From the IMG/VR virus record IMGVR_UViG_3300025327_000717, positions 1-64,000 of that record: DNA of 64,000 bases. One strand, written 5' to 3'. Under the pieces are notes generated by a model, which had not been told where the DNA came from, searched no databases, and saw only the letters and a program-made list of their open reading frames with translations. Shown here in pieces: positions 8,989 to 18,351 of the stretch (its first letter is position 1; each line of letters opens with the position of its first letter). Source of the DNA: a virus. The position numbers and the translations under genes were made by a program.

Positions 8989-9904
8989 GCAGCATCCTCG
9001 CCAGTCCCTCCTCGAGAGATATCTTCGGCTCGTAGTACGTCTTCATCAGCGTCGGGTCGCAATAACGTTGCATGACCCCGAACGGCTTGTCGGCAAGATT
9101 GACTATCTTGGGCTCGTAATCGACGATCGATGCCACCCGTAAGGCAAGTTCGTTGAAACTGACAGGCTCTCCGCACCCGATGTTCATGGCTACATAGCCG
9201 TCGATGCCGTTCTTGACCCGAGCGATGGTGGCCCCCACGACATCGTCGACATGGATGAAGTCACGTGTCTGTGTCCCCGGGCCCCAGACTATGAGTGGGT
9301 CCTCGCGCGCGCGCGCGCGAGCGACTATGGAAGGCACCGGATACTCAGGCGACTGGTCCTCACCATACCCGCTGAACGGACGGATACAGAGCGTCCTCAC
9401 GCCATACTTCGCGGCCTTCCAGGCGAGATATTCGCCAACGACCTTCGTGAAGCCATACATCTCATCAGCGCCAACCCAGAACTGTCCGTTCTTGGGGCTG
9501 AAGTCGGCTTCTTGGAGCGGCGCAGTACCCGCATCCTTCTGAAGAGACGTCGGGTAGACCGCTGACGAACTGGGGTAGACGATGACCCTCGGCTTGGCCT
9601 TAGCGGCCCAACGGAAGAGAGCCGCATCCAATCTTAGGGAGTCAGCGTTGAAAAGCGGGTCGCCCTCGATCTTCTCCCTGCCTCCGACGGGCGCTGCGAA
9701 GTGATAGACGATGTCATACCTCGGATGACCTGATCGCCCGAGAAAAGAGGCAGCATCATCCACCTGCAAACCAGGGCCATGGTCCCATCTGGCATATGGG
9801 CTGGACATGTCGTCCACCGCAGTCACACGATGGTCAAGATAGAGATGATGCTTGGCGAAGTGTCGCCCGAGAAATCCGGCGCCCCCGAGTACCAAGATGT
9901 TCAT
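8981..9904 (-). CDS. NAD-dependent NDP-sugar epimerase/dehydratase
   Basis: GGAGFLG, SSSAVY, YGFTK (YxxxK), GTQTRDFIHVDD. Confidence 0.95.
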   Translation of the reverse strand: MNILVLGGAGFLGRHFAKHHLYLDHRVTAVDDMSSPYARWDHGPGLQVDDAASFLGRSGHPRYDIVYHFAAPVGGREKIEGDPLFNADSLRLDAALFRWAAKAKPRVIVYPSSSAVYPTSLQKDAGTAPLQEADFSPKNGQFWVGADEMYGFTKVVGEYLAWKAAKYGVRTLCIRPFSGYGEDQSPEYPVPSIVARARAREDPLIVWGPGTQTRDFIHVDDVVGATIARVKNGIDGYVAMNIGCGEPVSFNELALRVASIVDYEPKIVNLADKPFGVMQRYCDPTLMKTYYEPKISLEEGLARMLRG

Positions 9905-10389
9905 AGCCCACCCTGCATGGCCCGTCTTCCAAACCTAGCCGTAGCTGCCCCGCGAGCGGCTCCAGAGTCATGACGACCATGGCACGGGCGACATAGGGCC
10001 ACCCAGTCACTGGGGTCACGTCGATACTCATGGCTCAGGTTGGCCCAATCCAACTTGCCCCGCTCGCCACATCCGACGCAGGTCTCAGGCTTAGTGCGTA
10101 CAGATGCTATCCAGAGATGGAGAGTGCGATAACCCACGGCGCCACCACGCCAGTGCGAGGATGCCTCGCCCTTCATCTCTACCCTCCCGGGCAAGAACCA
10201 GCCAGTGTTGACGACTCGCTTGGTGTAGTGACCGCGTTTCACCCCGATGTTCGAGTAGAGCGCTCGACACCGCTGACTACAATAACGTCCTCTACCTGCG
10301 GCGATACGCCCCTCAGTCACCCTGAACTTCTCGCCGCATAGACAAATCACTTCGACCTTCGGGACGCGCTCTCCCCAATAGCCCCTCAC
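9901..10389 (-). CDS. HNH-type endonuclease with zinc-finger N-terminus
   Basis: CLCG...YCSQRC; YRTLHLW...CVGCG...DWAN...LCRPCHGRHD. Confidence 0.75.
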   Translation of the reverse strand: MRGYWGERVPKVEVICLCGEKFRVTEGRIAAGRGRYCSQRCRALYSNIGVKRGHYTKRVVNTGWFLPGRVEMKGEASSHWRGGAVGYRTLHLWIASVRTKPETCVGCGERGKLDWANLSHEYRRDPSDWVALCRPCHGRHDSGAARGAATARFGRRAMQGGL

Positions 10390-10976
10390 TCCCGCTCCCC
10401 CCAGCCGATGACCATCTCATAACCCATCGGAAAGTTCCAAGCCTCTCCGAGCCTGTGCCCACCCATCGAGAACCATGCCTCGAAGTCTTCCGGATAGTAG
10501 GCCCAGATGTGCCCTTCTTCCGGGTCCCAGCCATCCCGCACGAGTGGATGACCGATGATCACAAACTTCGCCAGCGGCATCCATGCCTTCACGAGTCCCA
10601 CGGGGTCATGGATGTGTTCGAGGAACTCGCAGAGGACGAGGATGTCGCACTCGGCAGGCTCGATGTCCTCGATCTTCGCCTCTATCACCGCCATCTTCGG
10701 ATAGCGTTCCCGGGTCGCGGCCACGGCAGCAGGGACGACGTCGTAGCCCGTGACGATATGAGCAGGGGTGAACCAACCGCTGATATCACCCGCACTGCAT
10801 CCAGGCTCGATGATCCTAGCTGGCCCCGGGATGCGTGGCAGGAGACCCCTGATGATGTCTCTCGCTTTGTTCACTCGCTCCGTCTGGGTGTCGGCGAAGA
10901 TCGACACGGCCGTCCCGTCGTAACGGAGGTTGTAGGCGATTATCTGTTCTGGGGTCCATCCCTGGATACGCCTCAC
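10386..10976 (-). CDS. class I SAM-dependent methyltransferase
   Basis: IIEPGCSAG, GYD, DILVLCEFLEH; start set at GTGA overlap. Confidence 0.85.
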   Translation of the reverse strand: MRRIQGWTPEQIIAYNLRYDGTAVSIFADTQTERVNKARDIIRGLLPRIPGPARIIEPGCSAGDISGWFTPAHIVTGYDVVPAAVAATRERYPKMAVIEAKIEDIEPAECDILVLCEFLEHIHDPVGLVKAWMPLAKFVIIGHPLVRDGWDPEEGHIWAYYPEDFEAWFSMGGHRLGEAWNFPMGYEMVIGWGERE

Positions 10977-11557
10977 CGACAGACCCAGATCTGGAAGTCG
11001 TACTCGAGATGTAGGAAAGCTAGTCCGGTCTTCTGGATCGGTTCCCAACCTGCCTCGACGAGCATCTTCATGTACCCATCGCTATCGAACATCCAGAGGT
11101 GCTCAGGGTTCGTATCGACTTGTCCGACCCGCATCTCTGGCGACGAGGCTATCAACCTGCCCGCCTTCAAGCGAGCTAGCTTGAGGACATCATCTGGATA
11201 TTCGAGGTGTTCGAGGATCTCTGTGAGGACGACGACATCGAAGTATTCTTCGCGGTCGAGCGCCTCTTGGAGGCTCTCGCACCGGATATCGATACCGATC
11301 TCGCCCGCCATCTCCTGGAGCGAGAAGATGTTAGGGGTGCTGACATCAGAGAGCACGAGCCTAGGGATGGGCTGGATGGTCTCGGCAAGACAGACGATGC
11401 TGCCATCGCCACAAGCCGGATCGATGAGTGAGTCAGGCTTGAGCCAGGCGATGAGGCCGGCAGTGACGTTTGTCCTGGCGATGTGATCGCACCAGGCGCT
11501 GTTGTGGCGCTCGACCTGATAGTCGAAGCCGGGGGAGTTTCCGGTCCGCTGCCTCAC
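10973..11557 (-). CDS. class I SAM-dependent methyltransferase, paralogue of neighbour
   Basis: IDPACGDG, LSD, FDVVVLTEILEH, NPEHLW. Confidence 0.88.
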   Translation of the reverse strand: MRQRTGNSPGFDYQVERHNSAWCDHIARTNVTAGLIAWLKPDSLIDPACGDGSIVCLAETIQPIPRLVLSDVSTPNIFSLQEMAGEIGIDIRCESLQEALDREEYFDVVVLTEILEHLEYPDDVLKLARLKAGRLIASSPEMRVGQVDTNPEHLWMFDSDGYMKMLVEAGWEPIQKTGLAFLHLEYDFQIWVCR

Positions 11558-12216
11558 AGGACAGCCCTGATCGTCTCGATGTCCATGGCTGCTCTCCCAG
11601 ATGAGACCCACTCGTTGAAGACTCGGCTGTCATGCAGGTACATCGAGTGCGCGTTCACACGTGCGTAGCCCTCATCCATCTCGGCCGTACCGGCAATCGG
11701 ATGGCAGTGCTCGATGACGACATCCGGTAAGTAGAAGTACCGATCGACGCCCTGCGCGAGGACTCGCCACGCATCGTCGAGATAGAGATGCTTAGCGCCC
11801 GGCAGGCTCATCCACCCGAGGGTCCTGACGATGCCGCTGCTGATGAAGACCTGTGAAGGGATGTCGTGACGGATGCGATCATCGCCATAAGCGAAACCTG
11901 GCGTCTCGAGCGCCTTCGTGATGGCCGCATCCCAGGCCTGTGTCCGGAAGCGATGGTCATCACCGACGAAGCCGACGATGTCGTGAAGCTGTGAGTACTC
12001 TGCGGACGCGACGTTGAGCGGGGGCCCCATCCCGCCACCCTCATGCTTGTATGTCGCGACAGGGACTTGTTGCTTCACGTATCCGATGAACGTGTCGTCG
12101 TCGGCATCGACGACGAAGACCATCTTCGTGTCATCCAGCGATCTCGTCGCCTCGAAGGCGTCATACGCCTCTCGTGCCTTGATGGGTCGCCCCCTGGAAG
12201 GGCAGATGACGATCAT
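11554..12216 (-). CDS. GT2-like glycosyltransferase
   Basis: ICPSRGRP, FVVDADD, GDDHRF, HLYLDD, IEHCHP. Confidence 0.85.
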   Translation of the reverse strand: MIVICPSRGRPIKAREAYDAFEATRSLDDTKMVFVVDADDDTFIGYVKQQVPVATYKHEGGGMGPPLNVASAEYSQLHDIVGFVGDDHRFRTQAWDAAITKALETPGFAYGDDRIRHDIPSQVFISSGIVRTLGWMSLPGAKHLYLDDAWRVLAQGVDRYFYLPDVVIEHCHPIAGTAEMDEGYARVNAHSMYLHDSRVFNEWVSSGRAAMDIETIRAVL

Positions 12217-12240
12217 CGACATGATGCACGATTGTGACAC

Positions 12241-12285
12241 AAAGAAACGTCCCCGTGGAGGGGCTGAGGCTCCACGAGGACGTTT
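12241..12285 (-). terminator. intrinsic terminator
   Basis: minus strand AAACGTCCTCGTGGAG-loop-CTCCACGGGGACGTTT-CTTT. Confidence 0.75.
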
Positions 12286-12546
12286 GATGTTGTGCGACCG
12301 GGACGTGTCTCCGGGGTATCAACTCCCAGCCCGTCCGGACATGCTCGTCAGCTACCCGCTAGTCTCGGGTACGAGGGAGTCGGTGGTGCCTGATGGGGCC
12401 CCACGCCCTCGATGGTCTGAGCAGTCAGTTCTGCTTCGGCCGCACCAAGAGTCTACTCCACCCATGTTCGCATCACGGCCGCAGCGCGCCTTGCCTCGGA
12501 GGCAGTGGTCCTACCTTACAAGGCAAGAGTTAGTGTTTTGCTACCC
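12286..12546 (-). ncRNA. candidate structured non-coding RNA
   Basis: No credible ORF in a gene-dense operon; several hairpins; followed by a terminator. Confidence 0.4.
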
Positions 12547-13035
12547 TTAGGTCTCATCGAACGAGTAGCTGACGGTCTCCTGCCCCCAGTTGCCCGGGTT
12601 GGCATCGGCATCCACGACGAGCTGGAACACGAGGTAGCGGGTCGTGGCATCGGTAGCCGAGTACGACGAAGCATCCCATGCCAGCTTGTTGCCCGAGGTG
12701 TAGTTAGCGAACGTCGTGGTCGCGACGGAGGAGGTCGTGGCCACAGGCGTGACGCCTGTGATCTGGTTGGCGCCGACCATGAGGGTCGTCGATGAGCCGA
12801 CCGCGCCATCACCCCAGACCAGGAAGTTCGTGACGCCGTTGTCGGGTGCGGTGCTGAGCTTGAGCTTGAGCCACTTGTCATAGCTCTTGGTGCCGACGCT
12901 GATCGGGTTCGCCTGCCTGTTGGCAAGCGAGTTCGTGGCGTTGTCGGCACTGATCATGTCGATACCGGTGACCGTCGCTGATTCGGTCCCGGCGTTGGTT
13001 CCCGTGTACACACGGAGCGTGAGTGTCGCGACCAT
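12547..13035 (-). CDS. Ser/Thr-rich beta-sandwich virion-associated protein (162 aa)
   Basis: Directly after portal, SD present; YLVFQLVV...PGNW...SYSFDET. Confidence 0.75.
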   Translation of the reverse strand: MVATLTLRVYTGTNAGTESATVTGIDMISADNATNSLANRQANPISVGTKSYDKWLKLKLSTAPDNGVTNFLVWGDGAVGSSTTLMVGANQITGVTPVATTSSVATTTFANYTSGNKLAWDASSYSATDATTRYLVFQLVVDADANPGNWGQETVSYSFDET

Positions 13036-13041
13036 CTCTGG

Positions 13042-14454
13042 TTACTCCATCATGTCGCCCGCGTCATCCTCGAGGAGGGGGTCGCTCATCCATCCTGAGG
13101 ACGAGCTTCCACTCGGGAGCGCCGGCTTGCTGGCCTTCGACTCGAGGACCTCTCGAGCGGTCGGTACTTCACCCTCCATGAGCAGGACGGGTCCAGAAGG
13201 ACCCATCGCCAGGAGGGACGAGCCGAGCGTCCCACCAAGGGGCGGTCGGCCATCCTCACGCCGCGCTTCGTCGACGACCATCCAGGACATCCCTGCAAGC
13301 GCGTAACGGTTACGTTGGGCACGAGTGATCGATTCCTTCAGGTTCAGTGCTGCGAACTTGAAGATGAGGTTGTTGCGAGCACCACCGAAGGACTTGTCAT
13401 GGACGACGCCCTTCGTGACGTAGCGAGCCGTGAGATCGAGGAGCGGACGCAGGCCCCGGTCCTCGGTGTTCGCGTTGGTGACAGAGGCCGTAGCGCGGTT
13501 GGTATCGAGCGGGATACCGAGGTCCTGGAGTGACATCCCGAAGACCGCTGCCGTCTTGCGCGCGAGGTACATCTGGAACTCCAGGAACTGCATCTCCCGG
13601 TTGCCCATCCGGAAGGGCACGAACTTGCTGCCTTTCGTGCCGCCCAGGAAAGCCATGGCTCCCCTGCCGGCCACTTCGGCATCCCAATACCGTTTGAAGT
13701 CTTCGACCTGGTCGGGGCGCACCTGCTCGCCAAGATCGAGGATGCCGTCCGGAGCCGGTGACTTCATCTGGCGCACGTTGTAGCTCTGGCCCGTGAGTTC
13801 GGCATCCACGACGATGCGCAACGTCTCGAGCGGGGCCAATCCGACCACCCGATAGCTCATCGGGTTGGCACGCATGTAGATGAAGTCTTCGTTCTTGAAC
13901 TGGGCTCGTTCCTGGTAGTCGGGATACCAGAAGTAGCGTGGCTCTTCGGGGTCGCCATCCCAGTACTTGTTGACACGCATCGTCGATCCGTCAACGACAT
14001 GGAGATAAGCGATGTCACCTCGGAGGGTACGTTCCTTCTCGATCGACCCGGCATCGATGACGAGGGTGTCCTCGATGACCTGCTGGATGAAGGTCGTCCA
14101 CATCTCGTCGACCGGGTTGGGTTCTTTTAGGAGCCACGTGATCTCCTCGGCAGCCGAGCGACTCCATGGCTTCTTGTGGTCCTCGGCGTCGATGATCCAC
14201 TCGGCCTGGGCGACCTGGTCGCGACGGATGTTGAGGGCCGCGCGCACCCACTCCCCATGTTCGGCCCAGTGGCGGAAGAGCTTTGCGTTGGGCAGCCCGA
14301 CACGTCCACGGTCCTGCGTCGTGAGCGTCGCTGTCGGTGCGTTGGGGACGCGCTTGGGGCTCGTCACCATGGCGTTCTGGATGGCGGTACCGACTCCACG
14401 CAATCGCATGCGCATCTCGGCGCCCGATTGATCGCGCGCGAAGAGGGTCATCAT
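13042..14454 (-). CDS. portal protein (HK97-like)
   Basis: EPNP, GLAPLE, MQFLE...TAAVFG...LG...NRATA, DEARRE.G.PP; follows TerL. Confidence 0.93.
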   Translation of the reverse strand: MMTLFARDQSGAEMRMRLRGVGTAIQNAMVTSPKRVPNAPTATLTTQDRGRVGLPNAKLFRHWAEHGEWVRAALNIRRDQVAQAEWIIDAEDHKKPWSRSAAEEITWLLKEPNPVDEMWTTFIQQVIEDTLVIDAGSIEKERTLRGDIAYLHVVDGSTMRVNKYWDGDPEEPRYFWYPDYQERAQFKNEDFIYMRANPMSYRVVGLAPLETLRIVVDAELTGQSYNVRQMKSPAPDGILDLGEQVRPDQVEDFKRYWDAEVAGRGAMAFLGGTKGSKFVPFRMGNREMQFLEFQMYLARKTAAVFGMSLQDLGIPLDTNRATASVTNANTEDRGLRPLLDLTARYVTKGVVHDKSFGGARNNLIFKFAALNLKESITRAQRNRYALAGMSWMVVDEARREDGRPPLGGTLGSSLLAMGPSGPVLLMEGEVPTAREVLESKASKPALPSGSSSSGWMSDPLLEDDAGDMME

Positions 14455-14642
14455 CTGGAGGCCTCGAAGTGGGACCGCAGGAGCTCCTGCTGAGCCTTGT
14501 ACATGTGCTCATCGAGAAGCCGCTTCTCGGCGGCTTTGATGGCCTCTTCGTACGTCATCTTGTAGGTGTCGAGGCCGATCACCATGACCTCGACATGGTC
14601 GGGCACGGTGCGCCAGCCATCCCGGAACTCGATGTCCTTCAT
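14451..14642 (-). CDS. hypothetical protein (63 aa)
   Basis: SD GGAGG, ATGA-coupled to portal. Confidence 0.7.
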   Translation of the reverse strand: MKDIEFRDGWRTVPDHVEVMVIGLDTYKMTYEEAIKAAEKRLLDEHMYKAQQELLRSHFEASR

Positions 14643-14643
14643 G

Positions 14644-16077
14644 TCACCTCCGCAGTGACCCGAAGACGAACCCACCGCCACCGAAGTCCATGCTGAACCC
14701 GAGGGCATCGACGAGGTCGTCATGGCCCTTCGGGAAGGTCTTGAGCTGGGTCTCGAAGTCAGACTTCTCCAGCGAACGGTGATGGAACACCTTGTGCGCC
14801 TCGTACTTGGCGGCAACAGCCCTGGCTCGCGTCGTCTTGTCAGTGTCAGAGGCCTTCCCTTCGATGGGGATGTGCGGGTAATCCCGCATCACCTCCTGCA
14901 CGAGGGTCGACTGGAACTGCTGGCTCTCTACCACCACCAAGCCGGGATTGAAGGCGTTGTAACCATCACTGATGAACTTCGCATGTCCAGTCTCGCGCCT
15001 ATCCTGATAGTAGGCCCTGACGTAGTAGTTCCCCTGCTGGTCACGCGAGGTGGTCACGCGAGCGGTGTAATCGGCGCGTTCCTTCTCCGAGCTCGCGAGG
15101 TCGACTCCCATGACGGTGGTGTAGGCGCCTTCGGGCAAGGCGTCGTAATACTGGAAGTGGCGTGACTGAAAGACCGAACCCTCCATGAGCCCGCTGATGT
15201 CGTTCTGATACGCGCACATGAAGAGCGGCGTCCCCAGCTCCACCCTCTTCGCGAGCAACGTCTTCCGTGACCAGTGCTCCTCCCAATAGCTCTCGACCTC
15301 ATCATCCTTCCCAGTCGGACGAAGCGCGCTCACGACCTTGCTTCGCCAGCCTCGTCCGCCCTTCTCCACGGGGGTGATGAGTTTCTCGTACAGATCATCC
15401 TCGGCCCAGCGTGTGCCCAGGATGATGACCACGCCATCCGGTGTCAGGCACGGTAGGAGGGTCTGGAAGAACCACTTCTCGACCTTCTCGCGAGCCTCAG
15501 GGGTGAGGGTGTTCTCCTCGTCGAGGATGTCATCGCAGAGGATGATGTCGAAGCGCTTGCTGATGATGGCGCCACCGCAACCAGCGGCGTAGAGCGTGAC
15601 GTCCTTGCTGCCATGCCACTTCGACTGCCTGTGGAGCCACTCCATGTCGCGCCACTTCGAGGGACTGACGCAATCCCCGAAGATCTCACGGTGCTTCTCG
15701 TTGGACTCGAGCGTGAAGCGGATGGCCCTGGAGAAGTCAAGAGCCTGGGTCGCCGTGTTGCTGATGAGGCCGATACGGAGATCAGGGAACATCGACGTCA
15801 GCCATGAGGCTGAGATCGTGTTGCCCCATGTCGTCTTGGCTGCTCCTCGGGGTTCGAGCACGACCGCGTTCTGGCGTGCGTACATGGCCTCGAAGATGAA
15901 CTCGAGCATCTCTCGATGATGCTTCGCCGCCGAGTACCCGAAGACGTACTCCCCGTACGCCGTGACCCCCTCGATACCGTCAGTTGACCGAGCGAGCCCC
16001 CTCAAGGCGAGGGAGAGGACTTGATATGACTGGGCGGGTGTCAGCCCCTGCTTGTCGGGCTGCGTCGGCGAGGTCAC
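14644..16077 (-). CDS. terL: terminase large subunit
   Basis: PRGAAKTT Walker A, IILCDD Walker B, GTRW, GVDLA, HDDLVDA nuclease motif. Confidence 0.95.
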   Translation of the reverse strand: MTSPTQPDKQGLTPAQSYQVLSLALRGLARSTDGIEGVTAYGEYVFGYSAAKHHREMLEFIFEAMYARQNAVVLEPRGAAKTTWGNTISASWLTSMFPDLRIGLISNTATQALDFSRAIRFTLESNEKHREIFGDCVSPSKWRDMEWLHRQSKWHGSKDVTLYAAGCGGAIISKRFDIILCDDILDEENTLTPEAREKVEKWFFQTLLPCLTPDGVVIILGTRWAEDDLYEKLITPVEKGGRGWRSKVVSALRPTGKDDEVESYWEEHWSRKTLLAKRVELGTPLFMCAYQNDISGLMEGSVFQSRHFQYYDALPEGAYTTVMGVDLASSEKERADYTARVTTSRDQQGNYYVRAYYQDRRETGHAKFISDGYNAFNPGLVVVESQQFQSTLVQEVMRDYPHIPIEGKASDTDKTTRARAVAAKYEAHKVFHHRSLEKSDFETQLKTFPKGHDDLVDALGFSMDFGGGGFVFGSLRR

Positions 16078-16543
16078 GAAGCATCTCCATGGTGAGCTGG
16101 TCGGCGCTCACCTCCATGGAGAGATGCGCTTCGCGACTGCTGACTTGTCCGTTGAGGAGCATGATCTTCTCGAGGATCTTGACGAAGTCACCAGCGGCGA
16201 TCTGCTGTGCTGGGATGAGGACTGGCTCACTAGCGCCCGGTAGGCTGACCCAGCGATCCTTGAGCGAGTCGAGAAAGGTATAGACCGCTTGATTGGCGAC
16301 CATGATGGCGTCGTCTAACGCGCTGGCCAGTTTCGCAGCCCTGTTCTCGACCACGACACGCGACTCGGCTTCCCTCAGCTTCTGCTGGAACTCTTCGCGC
16401 TTCTCCAGCCAACCGTTGCGCTTGGCATAGACGCTCACGGTCGACCATGTGCTGATGCCGTTATCACGGCAGAGTTGTCGCATCGACATCGTGCCATGCA
16501 CGAACTGACGCTCGAGATCCTGATGATCGTACTTCTTGGCCAC
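15980..16543 (-). CDS. terS: putative terminase small subunit
   Basis: N-terminal HTH-like segment (SMRQLCRDNGIS...W), immediately upstream of and overlapping TerL. Confidence 0.7.
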   Translation of the reverse strand: MAKKYDHQDLERQFVHGTMSMRQLCRDNGISTWSTVSVYAKRNGWLEKREEFQQKLREAESRVVVENRAAKLASALDDAIMVANQAVYTFLDSLKDRWVSLPGASEPVLIPAQQIAAGDFVKILEKIMLLNGQVSSREAHLSMEVSADQLTMEMLRDLADAARQAGADTRPVISSPLPRLEGARSVN

Positions 16544-16661
16544 GATGTCCTCCTAGACACGGAAACGCGCCTCGGTCACTTAGCAGGAAACGAGAGGCGC
16601 GTTCCGTCGGGGCCCCAGTCGGCACTTGATGAGTCGCATCCGACGAGCGACACCACTGAAT

Positions 16662-17306
16662 CTAACTCAGGAAGTCGGCCGCGATGTACTCCAGTGCCCG
16701 CCAGTCCTGATCGATCTCTTCCTGTTCACGCACCTGCGTGATGGCCTGGTCGAGGACCTTCGCCGATGTCATCGGCATGCGAAAGACGCGCTCCACCCAG
16801 CGTTCCTCATCTCCCTGTGCCATCTTCTGGCGCTTCTTCTCGAGCTCATCCCAGTCGATCTCACGGCGCTCGAGGAGCTGCTCCATGCGCCCCCTGTCGT
16901 AAGGCAACAGGTTCGCCAATCGTGAAGCCTCGCGTCGAGATGCGAGATCCTTCACCAGCGCCGAGAGGCGGTCCTCCTGCATCGAGCCACGCGTATCGTT
17001 GAGGACGATGGTCAGCTCTCGCGCCTCATCATCATCGACATCGAGGACGATGCAGGGGAAGACATGGATGTCCTCGGCATAGCCAGCCCGCCAGCGGTGC
17101 TCGCCGTCGATGATCTCAAAGTCAGCACCGCCCAGGCTACGCACCGTGAGCGGATCGACGAAGCCGAACTCCCGGATGGATGCCCGCTCGCGTGCGAACA
17201 TCCCTTCACTCATCCTGTTGGGGTTCCACGTATTCGGCGTGAGCCGTTCGTAAGGGACCCAGATGATCTCGAGGCTACTTGATAGCTGTTCCGCGCTCGA
17301 ACTCAT
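16662..17306 (-). CDS. ParB/Srx N-terminal domain protein
   Basis: PNTWNPNRM, SIREFGFVDP, IIDGEHRW. Confidence 0.9.
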   Translation of the reverse strand: MSSSAEQLSSSLEIIWVPYERLTPNTWNPNRMSEGMFARERASIREFGFVDPLTVRSLGGADFEIIDGEHRWRAGYAEDIHVFPCIVLDVDDDEARELTIVLNDTRGSMQEDRLSALVKDLASRREASRLANLLPYDRGRMEQLLERREIDWDELEKKRQKMAQGDEERWVERVFRMPMTSAKVLDQAITQVREQEEIDQDWRALEYIAADFLS

Positions 17307-17622
17307 GCCACACATCCACTCTTGTGAGGCCCGGGAAGTGCGCCGCCAGCCGCTCGAAGAACCAGGCCGCGAGCCCGGTCGTGGTGGTCAGGATGCCAGG
17401 AAGCATCTCACTGAGATCACGGTAGTCGAGTTCATCAGTGATGATGCCGACGACTCGACGAAGGTCAGCCGAGCCCCTCGGCATGCCGCCGCTATCGATG
17501 TCCTCATGGATCACGGTCGCACGGATGTGGTATTCGTGACCGTGCGTCCGCGAACAGACCACTGGCTCATCGAGACGATGGGAGGAGTGGAACGGATGGG
17601 TCGTCGAAAGCTCGTACCGCAC
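17275..17622 (-). CDS. queD: QueD/PTPS-like 6-carboxytetrahydropterin synthase (divergent)
   Basis: FHSSHRL...CSRTHGHEY matches the CxxxHGH motif. Confidence 0.8.
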   Translation of the reverse strand: MRYELSTTHPFHSSHRLDEPVVCSRTHGHEYHIRATVIHEDIDSGGMPRGSADLRRVVGIITDELDYRDLSEMLPGILTTTTGLAAWFFERLAAHFPGLTRVDVWHEFERGTAIK

Positions 17623-17627
17623 GTGGG

Positions 17628-17846
17628 CTAGGTACCCTTCCCCGACCGTTCGGGTCCCGCGAGCGCGGCGTCCGGTTGCTCTGCAGGATAGCGCACGATC
17701 GTGCTGTCCGCACCTCGTTCTGCGGGATACCACGTTCCCAGGACCTCGACGCGACCACGCGAGCGGATGACTTGCACCGGCTCTGTGAGGCGTTGGAAGT
17801 TGGCGCGGAAGTCACGGACGATGAGGATGCGCTTAGCCTTCCTCAC
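17628..17846 (-). CDS. Phd/YefM-like small DNA-binding protein
   Basis: ILIVRDFRANFQRLTEPVQVIRSRG; SD AGGAG. Confidence 0.5.
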   Translation of the reverse strand: MRKAKRILIVRDFRANFQRLTEPVQVIRSRGRVEVLGTWYPAERGADSTIVRYPAEQPDAALAGPERSGKGT

Positions 17847-18087
17847 TCGTCGCTCCTGTCGCTTCTGGAGACACATCACGCCACTTACCATCGCGGAAAC
17901 GTGTATCGACGACGAAGCTGGAAAGGCTGATGGTCCGCAACTTGCCATCATCGTCGATGGCGACCCACTCGATAGCCGTAGGGCCCTGATACTCGCCGAC
18001 ACGCTCGACAGAGGAAACGGCACCGACGACGATCACTGGCAAACCGTCGACGGTGCCGTATAGGGGGTTGAAGAGCTCTGTGTACAT
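17833..18087 (-). CDS. hypothetical protein
   Basis: ORF with typical codon usage. Confidence 0.7.
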   Translation of the reverse strand: MYTELFNPLYGTVDGLPVIVVGAVSSVERVGEYQGPTAIEWVAIDDDGKLRTISLSSFVVDTRFRDGKWRDVSPEATGATSEEG

Positions 18088-18117
18088 GTGCCACGAAGGG
18101 TACACCATCGTGCCACG

Positions 18118-18351
18118 CTACTTCTTGGGCTTGTCCTTCGGTGCGGTGTCCTGCATGAAGTAGACGATCTGGTCGGCTGGGACGGCCACGCGCTCACTCG
18201 TGCGATTGCCGTTCTTGTCAAGCACCCAGGCCATCAGCCAAGGGATGTTCTTGTTGGGCTCGAGGACCTCGATGGATCCGCCCTGCCTCGCGACGATGAG
18301 TCCACAGGTGCCCTCCTTCGTGACGACCGTGAGTCGATCCCGGATGGCCAT
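18118..18351 (-). CDS. hypothetical protein
   Basis: TGATG-coupled. Confidence 0.65.
   Translation of the reverse strand: MAIRDRLTVVTKEGTCGLIVARQGGSIEVLEPNKNIPWLMAWVLDKNGNRTSERVAVPADQIVYFMQDTAPKDKPKK

Noticed and set aside
9304-9319. (CG)8 tract
   Set aside because: Encodes ARARAR in an intact epimerase frame
12349-12473. Small ORF with in-frame TAG inside the 12.3-kb non-coding block
   Set aside because: No SD or recognisable product; hairpin density favours an RNA role
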